A stretch of 32,000 bases of DNA from Nitrosotalea devaniterrae (lineage in GTDB: Archaea; Thermoproteota; Nitrososphaeria; Nitrososphaerales; Nitrosopumilaceae). The position numbers and the translations under genes were made by a program. The notes beneath the pieces were generated by a model. That model was given only the letters and a program-made list of their open reading frames with translations, had not been told where the DNA came from and searched no databases. The DNA lies in assembly GCA_900065925.1 (NCBI GenBank), contig LN890280.1, positions 146,451 to 178,450 of the forward strand. Reading direction: 5' to 3'. Below are positions 23,990-32,000 of the stretch, one piece after another (position 1 is the stretch's first letter; each line of letters opens with the position of its first letter).

Positions 23990-24274
23990 ATGGAAGCAAT
24001 AATGACTGCAAGCACAATCGTATCAGGGGCAAACATGATAGCACTTGGGGTACTAATGGCTGTTTTTGCCAAGATGTATTCTAAAACCAAGGCACAACTG
24101 CCTCTTGGGATGATATTTTTTGCGGGCTTGCTATTTTTGCACAACGTGATTGGAGTCTATGCATACTTTACAATGATGGAACTATATGCTGTTGCATTAT
24201 TGCCATACATGTTAGCAGTACATGTTGCAGAACTTGCTGGCATATTGATATTTTTGCGAATAACTCTACAATAG
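23990..24274 (+). CDS. Small three-TM membrane protein (hypothetical)
   Basis: 94 aa with three hydrophobic helices, 25 nt downstream of the wHTH gene on the same strand. Confidence 0.5.
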   Translation: MEAIMTASTIVSGANMIALGVLMAVFAKMYSKTKAQLPLGMIFFAGLLFLHNVIGVYAYFTMMELYAVALLPYMLAVHVAELAGILIFLRITLQ

Positions 24275-24309
24275 ACTTGATTTATTTGTAAGATAGACAA
24301 AATCAATTT

Positions 24310-24762
24310 GTGAAACAGCAATACAAAGAATATCTTAAGCTAAACAAGAATATTCTTCTAGGATTCCTTGCATCTATTGTAGTCTCTGCAATTGTTGCAC
24401 AAATGTTTTCTAGTCAACAAAGCTATGTCAATGCAACAATAACTCTTGGTGTTGATTACCTTGTATATTTTTCCACTTTTGGAACACTCTTTTATTTTGA
24501 CAACAAGAAAAAATATGTTCTAAAAACAGGAGAAGTGGACAAGGCAAGTCTACGACGAGATCTGATAAAAGTAATATCATCTCTTGGAATCGGTGAGGTT
24601 GTCTATACAATTTGTAGATGGTCTCTTCAATATTATCTGCTTACAAATTCATATCAAGCATATGCAGCATCGTTGATATCTCAATCCGTATCTACTGTGA
24701 TCTACATGGTTACAGTAAATCTGAGTGTAAAATTCATGAGGTTGTACAAAGATGGTCCTTAG
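24310..24762 (+). CDS. Four-TM membrane protein (hypothetical), probable GTG start
   Basis: 150-aa ORF. The first hydrophobic helix precedes the first internal Met, so the GTG at 24310 is the likely start. Confidence 0.45.
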   Translation: MKQQYKEYLKLNKNILLGFLASIVVSAIVAQMFSSQQSYVNATITLGVDYLVYFSTFGTLFYFDNKKKYVLKTGEVDKASLRRDLIKVISSLGIGEVVYTICRWSLQYYLLTNSYQAYAASLISQSVSTVIYMVTVNLSVKFMRLYKDGP

Positions 24763-25108
24763 CATATTTGTTGATGGTTCTGGAGGTACTAACTCTGGTT
24801 TTGGTTATTTTATAAAAGAAACAGGAGAATCCTTCTATGAAAAAAAACCAGATATAACAAACAACCAAGCAGAATACATGGCTATAATTTCTGTTCTAAA
24901 AAAATTTTCAGGCATTGCAGATGAAGTCATGATATACAGTGATTCAAAAAATACCGTTTCTCAACTAAACCATGAATATGCCATAAACAATGATCAACTA
25001 CGAAATCTTGCAAGAGAAGCATGGGAATTGATGACCAAGATGTCAAACCTAAAGATAATGTGGATTCCTAGAAACCAAAATCTAGCTGGAAAAATGCTTG
25101 GCAGTTAA
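24752..25108 (+). CDS. Minimal RNase H-like (RNase HI/RVT_3-type) protein
   Basis: 118 aa. FVDGSGG (Asp 1), NNQAEYMAI (Glu), IYSDSKN (Asp 2), IPRNQNLAGKML (aligns with PRExNxxADxLA, but the final Asp position reads Lys). It overlaps the upstream ORF by 11 nt. Confidence 0.6.
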   Translation: MVLSIFVDGSGGTNSGFGYFIKETGESFYEKKPDITNNQAEYMAIISVLKKFSGIADEVMIYSDSKNTVSQLNHEYAINNDQLRNLAREAWELMTKMSNLKIMWIPRNQNLAGKMLGS

Positions 25109-25184
25109 AGGTGCGATGTTTGGGATCCAATGCTTTCTTTGGATAAACTTATTATACAAATACATTTGAGTCGATCTCATTAAA

Positions 25185-27290
25185 ATGAGTGAATCAATTT
25201 TTCTATCTCCAAAATCCATTGCCATAATAGGAGCTTCTGATAAGGAGGGAAGTGTAGGACGCGCTATTACATCTAACATACTAAAAGGATACACTGGAAA
25301 AATTCTTCCAATCAGTCCAACAAGAGAAACAGTATTTGATAAAAAAGCATACAAAAGTGTTCTAGATGTTCCAGAAGAAATAGATCTTGCAGTTATCATC
25401 ACAAAAAATGATGTTGTTCCTGCAGTGCTTGAAGAATGTGGCAAAAAGAAGATCAAGGGAGCAATTGTCATCACTGCTGGATTCAAAGAGGTCAACGAAG
25501 AGGGAGCAAAACTTGAACGAAAACTTGCAGAAATTGCAAAGCAATACAATATCAAAATTATCGGACCAAACTGTCTTGGTGTCATGAACTTGGCACCACA
25601 AACGATGATGAATTCTACCTTCCTCAAGGTGACCCCAAAATCTGGAGGAATTGCTCTTGTATCTCAAAGTGGTGCTATCTGTGCCGCACTAGTTGAAGAC
25701 GCAAGTGCTCAAGGAATAGGATTTTCTTCTGTAATTAGCATGGGCAACAAAGTAGATCTCAACGAAGTAGATATTTTAAAAATGCTCGCAGAGCATGAGC
25801 AGACCAAAGTCATTGTAATGTATCTTGAAGACATGACAAATGGTCGAGAATTTTTGAAAATTTGTAAACAAATTACTAGATTAAACAAACTAAAGAAACC
25901 CGTTTTGGTCCTAAAATCTGGTAGAAGTCCAGAGGGCGCAAAAGCAGCCATGTCTCATACTGGTGCACTCATGGGCTCTGATGAAATCTATGATGCATTG
26001 TTAACACAATCTGGTGCAATCAGGGTTGATACTATGGAAGAATTATTTGATTATGCAGTAGCTTTCTCAAAACAACCATTACCGCTAAAGGGAGATCTGG
26101 TTATAGTATCAAATGCAGGAGGGCCTGCAATAATTTCTACAGATGCTTGTTCAAGAATAGGAATCAAGATGGCAAGCATAGAAAATATACGACCACAGAT
26201 AAATGCAGTAATTCCTCCATGGGGAACTTCTAGAAATCCAGTAGATATTGTGGGAGATGCTGATTTTAACAGATTTGATCATGTGTTAAATCTTGTACTT
26301 GCTCACCCAAATGTTGGTTCAGTCATAACAATGTGTACACCTTCTGCAACACTTGATTACAACAAGCTTGCTGAAGTAATTGTTACTGCTTCAAAAAAAT
26401 ACAACAAGACAATGCTTGCAAGTCTAATGGGTCTTGATGAAGGAATAAAGAATCGAGAAATTCTTGCAGAAGGTGGTGTTCCGTATTACACCTATGCAGA
26501 AAAAGCAATTCGTGCACTCAAGGCGATGTTAAGATTTTCACAATGGTCTCAAACATCTGAAGGAAAGATACAACAGTTCAAAGTAAACAAGAAAAAGGTA
26601 GAACAAATTTTTGCCAAGGTAAAATCTGAGGGAAGAAAGAATTTGTTAGAAGAGGAGGGACAAGAAGTTTTGAAAGCATATGGTTTTCCTGTACCTAAAA
26701 GCATTCTTGCTACAAAGGAAAAAGAAGCAACAGTTGCAGCAAAAAAAATTGGATATCCTGTTGTAATGAAGATATCTTCTCCACAAATAATTCACAAGTC
26801 TGATGCAGGTGGAGTCAAAGTGGGATTAAAGACTCCTCAGGAAGTCAAAAAGACCTTTAAGGAAATAATAAAAAATGCAAAAAAATATGACAAAAAAGCT
26901 ATCATCAAAGGAGTACTGGTTCAAGAGATGGTAAAAGGCGGTAAAGAGACAATTGTAGGTTCAAAACAAGAACTGGGATTTGGTCCTGTAGTTATGTTTG
27001 GAATGGGAGGAATCTATGTTGAAGTGCTCAAAGATGTCACATTCCGAGTTGCACCTGTCACAGATTCTGAAGCAGATGAAATGATATCATCTATTAAAAC
27101 AAACAAGTTGTTACAGGGCGTAAGGGGTGAGAAACCATCTGATGTAACAAAACTTTCAGATTGTATCCAAAGAATTTCTCAACTTGTTACTGATTTCCAA
27201 GAAATAAAAGAACTTGACATGAACCCAGTACTTGTATTTGAAAAGGGTAAGGGCTGTAAAGTAGTAGATGTAAGAATTGGACTTGCTTAG
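25185..27290 (+). CDS. ADP-forming acyl-CoA synthetase (fused alpha/beta, NDP-forming ACD family). Likely the 4-hydroxybutyrate-CoA ligase of the thaumarchaeal HP/HB cycle.
   Basis: 701 aa. CoA-binding N-terminus SIAIIGASDKEGSVG. Phosphohistidine loop AAMSHTGALMGS. C-terminal ATP-grasp region (GYPVVMKISSPQIIHKSDAGGV). The substrate assignment is inferred only from adjacency to the dehydratase. Confidence 0.85.
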   Translation: MSESIFLSPKSIAIIGASDKEGSVGRAITSNILKGYTGKILPISPTRETVFDKKAYKSVLDVPEEIDLAVIITKNDVVPAVLEECGKKKIKGAIVITAGFKEVNEEGAKLERKLAEIAKQYNIKIIGPNCLGVMNLAPQTMMNSTFLKVTPKSGGIALVSQSGAICAALVEDASAQGIGFSSVISMGNKVDLNEVDILKMLAEHEQTKVIVMYLEDMTNGREFLKICKQITRLNKLKKPVLVLKSGRSPEGAKAAMSHTGALMGSDEIYDALLTQSGAIRVDTMEELFDYAVAFSKQPLPLKGDLVIVSNAGGPAIISTDACSRIGIKMASIENIRPQINAVIPPWGTSRNPVDIVGDADFNRFDHVLNLVLAHPNVGSVITMCTPSATLDYNKLAEVIVTASKKYNKTMLASLMGLDEGIKNREILAEGGVPYYTYAEKAIRALKAMLRFSQWSQTSEGKIQQFKVNKKKVEQIFAKVKSEGRKNLLEEEGQEVLKAYGFPVPKSILATKEKEATVAAKKIGYPVVMKISSPQIIHKSDAGGVKVGLKTPQEVKKTFKEIIKNAKKYDKKAIIKGVLVQEMVKGGKETIVGSKQELGFGPVVMFGMGGIYVEVLKDVTFRVAPVTDSEADEMISSIKTNKLLQGVRGEKPSDVTKLSDCIQRISQLVTDFQEIKELDMNPVLVFEKGKGCKVVDVRIGLA

Positions 27291-27346
27291 AGCGCACAAC
27301 AATTTTGTTATAATATTTATATTACTTGCAAAGGGTATTAGCAGAT

Positions 27347-28849
27347 ATGCCAATTAAGACAGCTTCTGAGTATATTCAAAGTCTCAGAGGTCGTGACATG
27401 AAGGTCTATCTTTTTGGTGAACTTGTAAAAGAACCAGTTGACCATCCTATGATAAGACCTTCAATAAATGCCGTGGCAGAGACGTATGATCTGGCAGAAA
27501 AAGAATCTGAGATGGCAACTGCAAAATCATCCATAACAGGTTTGCAAGTCAATAGATTTTTGCACATTGCAGAAAGTGCAGATGATCTTGTAAACCAAAA
27601 TAAAATGCAGAGAAAACTTGGACAACTTACAGGAACATGTTTCCAGAGATGTGTGGGAATGGACGCACTAAATTCTTTGTATTCTGTTACTTTTGAAATT
27701 GATGAAAAACACAAGACCAATTATCATAAACGACTAGTTGATTTTATTAAAATGATTCAGCAAGAGAATTTTGTCATTGGTGGTGCTATGACTGATCCAA
27801 AAGGAGATCGAAGCAAAGCGCCACATCAACAAGAAGATCCAGATGTATTCTTACACGTAGTGGAAAAAAATGACAAGGGCATATTTGTTACAGGTGCCAA
27901 GGCTCACCAAACTGGTTGTATCAATTCACACTGGATTATAGTCATGCCCACCATGAGATTATTGGAGGGTGACAAGGATTATGCAGTGGTTGGTGCAATG
28001 CCTGCAGATGCTCCAGGAATTACATACATCTACGGACGCCAGTCTTGTGATACAAGAAGTATGGAGGATGGAGACATTGATGCAGGAAATGCAAAGTTTG
28101 CAGGCCAAGAAGCACTCATGGTCTTCGATCGAGTCTTCATTCCATGGGACAAGGTGTTCATGTTTGGTGAATATGAGTTTGCTGCAATGCTTGTAGAGAG
28201 ATTCACATGTTACCATAGAAGAAGCTATGTGTGCAAGACCGGCTTGGGTGATGTACTAATTGGTGCTGCAGCTGCAATTGCTGATTACAATGGAGTTCCT
28301 GATGTTTCTCACATTAAAGATAAACTAGTAGAGATGACGCATCTCAATGAAACCATATATGCATCTGGTATAGCATCATCTTCGCAAGCACATCGTACAA
28401 AATCTGGCGTTTGGCTAAATGATGACATGCTGGCAAATGTTACAAAACATAATGTAACTAGATTCCCATATGAAATTGGCAGGCTTGCACAGGATATTGC
28501 AGGTGGTCTTGTTGTCACACTTCCGTCTGAAAAAGATTTGAAAAATCCCACTACCGGCCCAATACTGAAAAAATATCTCAAAGGACGAAAAGGTGTTGAT
28601 GTTGAAAGCAGAATCCGCATCTTACGATTAATTGAAAATATGACTTTGGGCAGAAATGCAGTAGGATATCTTACTGAATCAATGCATGGTGCAGGTTCTC
28701 CACAGGCACAAAGAATACAGATTGCACGTCAGATGCAGCTTGGATACAAGAAAAAACTTGCTAAAAATCTTGCAAGTATCAAAGAAAATTCTGAACCCGA
28801 GTCTGAACAATCAGATTATTTCCAACGTGTATTCAAGATAAGAAAGTAA
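27347..28849 (+). CDS. abfD: 4-hydroxybutyryl-CoA dehydratase
   Basis: I prefer ATG 27347 (MPIKTASEYIQSLRGR...) over the track's TTG 27326. It has the TGTCFQRCVGMD C-x3-C Fe-S motif and a later CYHRRSYVCK His/Cys pair. Length and overall pattern fit the AbfD/4-BUDH family. TTTATAT at 27316-27322 is centred about 28 nt upstream. Confidence 0.88.
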   Translation: MPIKTASEYIQSLRGRDMKVYLFGELVKEPVDHPMIRPSINAVAETYDLAEKESEMATAKSSITGLQVNRFLHIAESADDLVNQNKMQRKLGQLTGTCFQRCVGMDALNSLYSVTFEIDEKHKTNYHKRLVDFIKMIQQENFVIGGAMTDPKGDRSKAPHQQEDPDVFLHVVEKNDKGIFVTGAKAHQTGCINSHWIIVMPTMRLLEGDKDYAVVGAMPADAPGITYIYGRQSCDTRSMEDGDIDAGNAKFAGQEALMVFDRVFIPWDKVFMFGEYEFAAMLVERFTCYHRRSYVCKTGLGDVLIGAAAAIADYNGVPDVSHIKDKLVEMTHLNETIYASGIASSSQAHRTKSGVWLNDDMLANVTKHNVTRFPYEIGRLAQDIAGGLVVTLPSEKDLKNPTTGPILKKYLKGRKGVDVESRIRILRLIENMTLGRNAVGYLTESMHGAGSPQAQRIQIARQMQLGYKKKLAKNLASIKENSEPESEQSDYFQRVFKIRK

Positions 28850-28865
28850 AAGTTTACTAGATATT

Positions 28866-29549
28866 TTATTGTAAAGCAGGATCTTTATCTGTACTATTCT
28901 TGAATTCATCATTTGTTTTAGTCTCAGACAGGTCTGAATTTTCTGTCAGATATGACTTGTCATTGGATAAACTTTCGTCCATGTCAGATTTGTTTACGGT
29001 CTCGTCCAAACTCTTTGTTTTACCTTCATCTGATAATTTTTCTATACTTGACTTTGGTTTGCCAAATTGTTTCACCAACATTATCCCGACAATGACAGCT
29101 ATTATGATGTAGTTGATTGGTGGGGTAAGTATTCTTGTAACGTAGCCTATTTGAGGAATGACATAGACCACCTTTCCAATATAATCTCCTTTTGTTATTG
29201 GAAAGTCAGTCCCAGGTATGGATCCAGGATTTGCATCTCCTTTTGTTCTAATTACAAGAGGATCTTTGTTTAGTATCTCAGCAACTCTATGAACTATGAC
29301 CTTGTCATGTCCATCTGGCCTGTTGAATACTATGATATCTCCAACTTTTAATTGATCAAAATTAACATGTCCCTGAACTACAATTACATCAAAAATTTCC
29401 AAGTTTGGTATCATACTTCCACTTGATACTACATAAAATGGATTTTCTGTACCAAAAGCTACTCTAAGTCCAATCCAAATTATTGCAATACCGACTACCA
29501 CAATTATAATGTCCTTTACGATACCTGATTTGAGAGAAAGTTTACTCAA
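28866..29549 (-). CDS. Signal peptidase I, archaeal/eukaryal S26B type, with an acidic Ser/Asp-rich C-terminal tail
   Basis: N-terminal TM. SSGSMIPN (catalytic Ser box), VHRV (His box), KGDANPG box, a second TM, then a ~70-aa acidic tail. Confidence 0.85.
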   Translation of the reverse strand: MSKLSLKSGIVKDIIIVVVGIAIIWIGLRVAFGTENPFYVVSSGSMIPNLEIFDVIVVQGHVNFDQLKVGDIIVFNRPDGHDKVIVHRVAEILNKDPLVIRTKGDANPGSIPGTDFPITKGDYIGKVVYVIPQIGYVTRILTPPINYIIIAVIVGIMLVKQFGKPKSSIEKLSDEGKTKSLDETVNKSDMDESLSNDKSYLTENSDLSETKTNDEFKNSTDKDPALQ

Positions 29550-29601
29550 TTATTCATAATTCTCTGAAATCGTAAGATAAATCTTGCTTAACAATGTAGA
29601 G

Positions 29602-30321
29602 TTACTTTAGTTTGTTACCGCAACTTTCACAGAATTTAGAACCTTGGCTGTTGGTATAGCCGCATTTACACTTTAAATTACTTTCAAGTGAACCTCCAAG
29701 CAATACAATCTCACCAATTTTTTTGATGTCATCCCACTTTATTGTGACATCTGTTCCATCATTTCTTGTTACAACTAGCACTATGCTTGACTGGTCTGGT
29801 TGAATACCCATCTCCTTGACCACTCCAACCTTTTTTGCTTCAGCATCATAAACTCCAAGACCTGTGATGGAACTAAATGTCTTGACACTGGCAGAAGCTT
29901 TTGGTTGTTCTTGTAATTGAAAACTTTGAGCTGGTTGTTGTGGTGGTACTGTATTATTTGTACTAGAAACAGGTATTGCAGCTCCCACCGATGCCGCTTC
30001 ATCAGGCTTGCTGAAATTTCTATATTCTGCAAGAATTGATCCACACGTGGTACACACGTACTGCCCTTTCTCTAATAAGATTAGATTTTCTGCAACTATC
30101 TCATTTGGATTTTCATATTCTATTTTTGGGCTTCCTTCGTATTCTTTCTCACATGTATTACAATAATATTTAGAAATTTTTTCTGAATCAAGACGTCCGA
30201 CTGGGGCAAGAAACAAGTCTGGTCCACCCAAATTGCCTTTTCTTTGCTGATCATCATTTACTGTTGCCATGATAAAACCTCCAGATCCTCTTAATTTTTT
30301 TAATCGAAGTTCATTACTCAT
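29602..30321 (-). CDS. Zinc-ribbon / PRC-barrel / zinc-ribbon protein (hypothetical)
   Basis: CNTC...CTTC ribbon, a Pro/Gln-rich linker, a PRC-barrel-like segment (GLGVYDAEAKKVGVVKEMGIQPDQSSIVLVVTRNDG...IVLLG), and a C-terminal CKC...CESC ribbon. Confidence 0.6.
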   Translation of the reverse strand: MSNELRLKKLRGSGGFIMATVNDDQQRKGNLGGPDLFLAPVGRLDSEKISKYYCNTCEKEYEGSPKIEYENPNEIVAENLILLEKGQYVCTTCGSILAEYRNFSKPDEAASVGAAIPVSSTNNTVPPQQPAQSFQLQEQPKASASVKTFSSITGLGVYDAEAKKVGVVKEMGIQPDQSSIVLVVTRNDGTDVTIKWDDIKKIGEIVLLGGSLESNLKCKCGYTNSQGSKFCESCGNKLK

Positions 30322-30545
30322 GCTTTAATCTACATAAATCTCAGATAATTATGTATATCATTTTGATGGGTCAAATCTATGACACATATCGGAGCAAGAG
30401 ATTATACAATTTCTAAAAATAATCATATTTTTTTCAATATTTTGGAAAGAGTTATTAGAGCCAGAAGGCTATGTTAAACAAAAATTGACGGAAATAGGTG
30501 ATCGAACTTTTCTCTGTCGTTTCAATAAAAAGATGATGAATAAAT

Positions 30546-31862
30546 TTGACAAAATTTGAAGAATTAGGACTAAAGGATACCATACTCACTGCACTTAATG
30601 AAATGGGTTTTCGCGAACCATTTCCAATTCAAGCAGGAGCAATTCCGGTACTTCTTTCAGGTCAAGATGTTATTGGTCAAGCACATACTGGAACTGGAAA
30701 GACTGCTGCATTTTCATTACCTATCATTCAAAATGTTATACCAAAAGGTGGAGTGCAGGCACTTATCATAGCTCCAACACGAGAACTTGCGGTACAGATA
30801 TCTGATGAAATTGTAAAATTCTCAAGACACTCTGGAGTACGAAGTGTAACAATCTACGGTGGTCAAAGTATGAATGTGCAATTACAAGAACTTCACAGGG
30901 GAGTAGAAATTGTAGTTGCCACACCTGGACGTCTAATTGATCATATCAAACGTGGTTCAATAAAACTACAGAAAGTAAAGTGGGTTATACTTGATGAAGC
31001 CGATACAATGCTTGACATGGGATTCATTGAGGACATCAAATTCATCTTGGATCTGGTTCCAGAAGATCATGTTAATGCATTATTTTCTGCTACCATGCCT
31101 GCTGCAATATTGATGCTGGCAGAAAAATACATGAAAAATCCACAAAAAATATTCATCGATTCAGATGATCTAAGTGGAGAAGGAATCGAACAAGCATTTC
31201 TTGTAATAAAAGACAGAGAAAAAACAGATTATCTATTCAAGTTTATAAAAGAAAACGGTGCTGGCCAGGCAATAGTATTTTGTTCTACAAAAGATAGAAC
31301 AAGACGAGTTGCCCATGAGCTTGAACAAGGAAGATTCAACGTGGTTTCAATTCAAGGAGACATGTCTCAGTTTAGAAGAGACAAAGCAATGTACATGTTT
31401 AAGAAAGGTAAAGCAGATATTTTGGTTGCTACTGATGTGGCAGCAAGAGGCATTGATGTACCTAAAGTTGCATTGGTGATAAACTATGATGTTCCAAACC
31501 AAGACATGGTATACTTCCATAGGATTGGAAGAACTGCACGTGCTGGAGAAAAAGGCAGAGCAATTACACTGGTGTCTTATTCCTCAATTGGCGATTTCAA
31601 GGCAATATCTAACCAAACCAAGGTCCAAATGAAAGATCTAAACAAGGAACTAGGAATTGCAGTCAATATTCCAGATCCACTAAAAAGAGAAGTAAGCCAC
31701 AGACGAAACTTTAGGTCAGGCGGTGGCGGTTATGGACGATCTGGAGGCGGCGGCTACGGTAGGTCAGGCGGTGGCGGTTATGGAAGACGTGACGATAGAA
31801 GAGATGATCGCCGAAGATCAGGAGGCGATAAAAACTATTACGGCCTACGAAGTCGTTGGTAG
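30546..31862 (+). CDS. DEAD-box ATP-dependent RNA helicase with a C-terminal GYR/RGG low-complexity tail; TTG start
   Basis: Q motif FPIQ, AHTGTGKT, PTRELA, DEAD, SAT, HRIGRTARAG. The Q-motif region requires the TTG at 30546, because the nearby ATGs at 30533 and 30536 are out of frame. Confidence 0.92.
   Translation: MTKFEELGLKDTILTALNEMGFREPFPIQAGAIPVLLSGQDVIGQAHTGTGKTAAFSLPIIQNVIPKGGVQALIIAPTRELAVQISDEIVKFSRHSGVRSVTIYGGQSMNVQLQELHRGVEIVVATPGRLIDHIKRGSIKLQKVKWVILDEADTMLDMGFIEDIKFILDLVPEDHVNALFSATMPAAILMLAEKYMKNPQKIFIDSDDLSGEGIEQAFLVIKDREKTDYLFKFIKENGAGQAIVFCSTKDRTRRVAHELEQGRFNVVSIQGDMSQFRRDKAMYMFKKGKADILVATDVAARGIDVPKVALVINYDVPNQDMVYFHRIGRTARAGEKGRAITLVSYSSIGDFKAISNQTKVQMKDLNKELGIAVNIPDPLKREVSHRRNFRSGGGGYGRSGGGGYGRSGGGGYGRRDDRRDDRRRSGGDKNYYGLRSRW
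31716..31787 (+). repeat. Three tandem 24-nt coding repeats (SGGGGYGR x3) in the helicase tail
   Basis: tcaggcggtggcggttatggacga / tctggaggcggcggctacggtagg / tcaggcggtggcggttatggaaga. Units 1 and 3 differ by one base, and unit 2 is synonymously recoded. Confidence 0.9.
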
Positions 31863-31904
31863 AAAACCGTTCAATATATTTAGGGATTCAGAATTTTATA
31901 ATAT

Positions 31905-32000
31905 ATGGATAAAGCAAAACCTGTAAATTCACAGAACTGGGAAAAAGAAGTCATGTCTTCTCAAATTCCTGTGTTTGTAGATTTTTGGGCTGAATGGTGT
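31905..32000 (+). CDS. trxA: Thioredoxin (N-terminal fragment, truncated by the window end)
   Basis: MDKAKPVNSQNWEKEVMSSQIPVFVDFWAEWC ends inside the canonical WCGPC active-site motif. Not in the ORF track because it is open-ended. Confidence 0.7.
   Translation, partial: MDKAKPVNSQNWEKEVMSSQIPVFVDFWAEWC

Noticed and set aside
25082-25667. 181-aa and 101-aa minus-strand ORFs antisense to the acyl-CoA synthetase gene. The same judgement applies to 5089-5574, 16208-16561, 21778-22203, 20288-21298 and 27406-28620.
   Set aside because: Each is embedded opposite a gene with strong family motifs and has no motifs, promoter or start context of its own.
27326-27346. TTG start (track) for the dehydratase, and TTG 16224 for the SRPBCC gene
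   Set aside because: In both cases an ATG lies a few codons downstream at the expected ~25-28 nt from a TATA-like box. The TTG would lie inside or too close to the promoter element.
30531-30545. C/D-box sRNA suggested by GATGATGA upstream of the helicase
   Set aside because: No matching D box (CTGA) or terminal stem occurs at an appropriate distance downstream, so the C-box-like word is probably coincidental.
31723-31926. 67-aa ORF in an alternative frame across the helicase tail
   Set aside because: It is an artefact of the GC-rich glycine-codon repeats, which are open in several frames. The helicase frame is continuous with canonical motifs.

Overview
AT-rich archaeal chromosomal window with dense coding and no rRNA, CRISPR array, transposase or integrase visible. 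The gene content points to an ammonia-oxidizing thaumarchaeon (Nitrosopumilus-like); this is inference, since no search was possible. Supporting content is an ADP-forming acyl-CoA synthetase next to 4-hydroxybutyryl-CoA dehydratase, a heme-copper oxidase operon with a blue-copper protein instead of cytochrome c, and TTAAAT-type TATA boxes about 25-35 nt upstream of start codons. Layout by region: (1) 1-11365 holds a surface-glycan cluster, namely a NeuB-like nonulosonic acid synthase (partial, not in the ORF track), a Zn-ribbon methyltransferase, a Wzt/Wzm-like ABC-2 exporter, and GT4 and GT2 glycosyltransferases. This cluster is followed by a 1800-aa secreted repeat protein that is most likely the S-layer protein. 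(2) 11836-15585 is a tightly packed five-gene terminal oxidase operon: a small membrane ORF, CuA subunit II, subunit I, a tandem-cupredoxin protein and a compact heme A synthase. (3) 15575-19131 carries a secreted anchored protein, an SRPBCC protein with a possible RHH tail, an intron-containing tRNA-Lys, a RelE/RHH toxin-antitoxin pair with phased operator repeats, and ilvE followed by two tiny zinc-finger ORFs. (4) 19771-25108 carries aspartate kinase, a glycosyltransferase, tRNA-Val, a radical SAM protein, and a wHTH/membrane/membrane/RNase H-like operon. (5) 25185-32000 carries the two HP/HB-cycle enzymes, signal peptidase I, a Zn-ribbon/PRC-barrel protein, a DEAD-box helicase with a GYR/RGG repeat tail, and a partial thioredoxin. 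The best candidates for something new are the glycan-export cluster coupled to the giant S-layer-like gene, the His1 secreted protein beside the oxidase operon, the SRPBCC-RHH fusion, and the small zinc-finger ORFs. All functional calls rest on motifs read by eye; none was checked by search.
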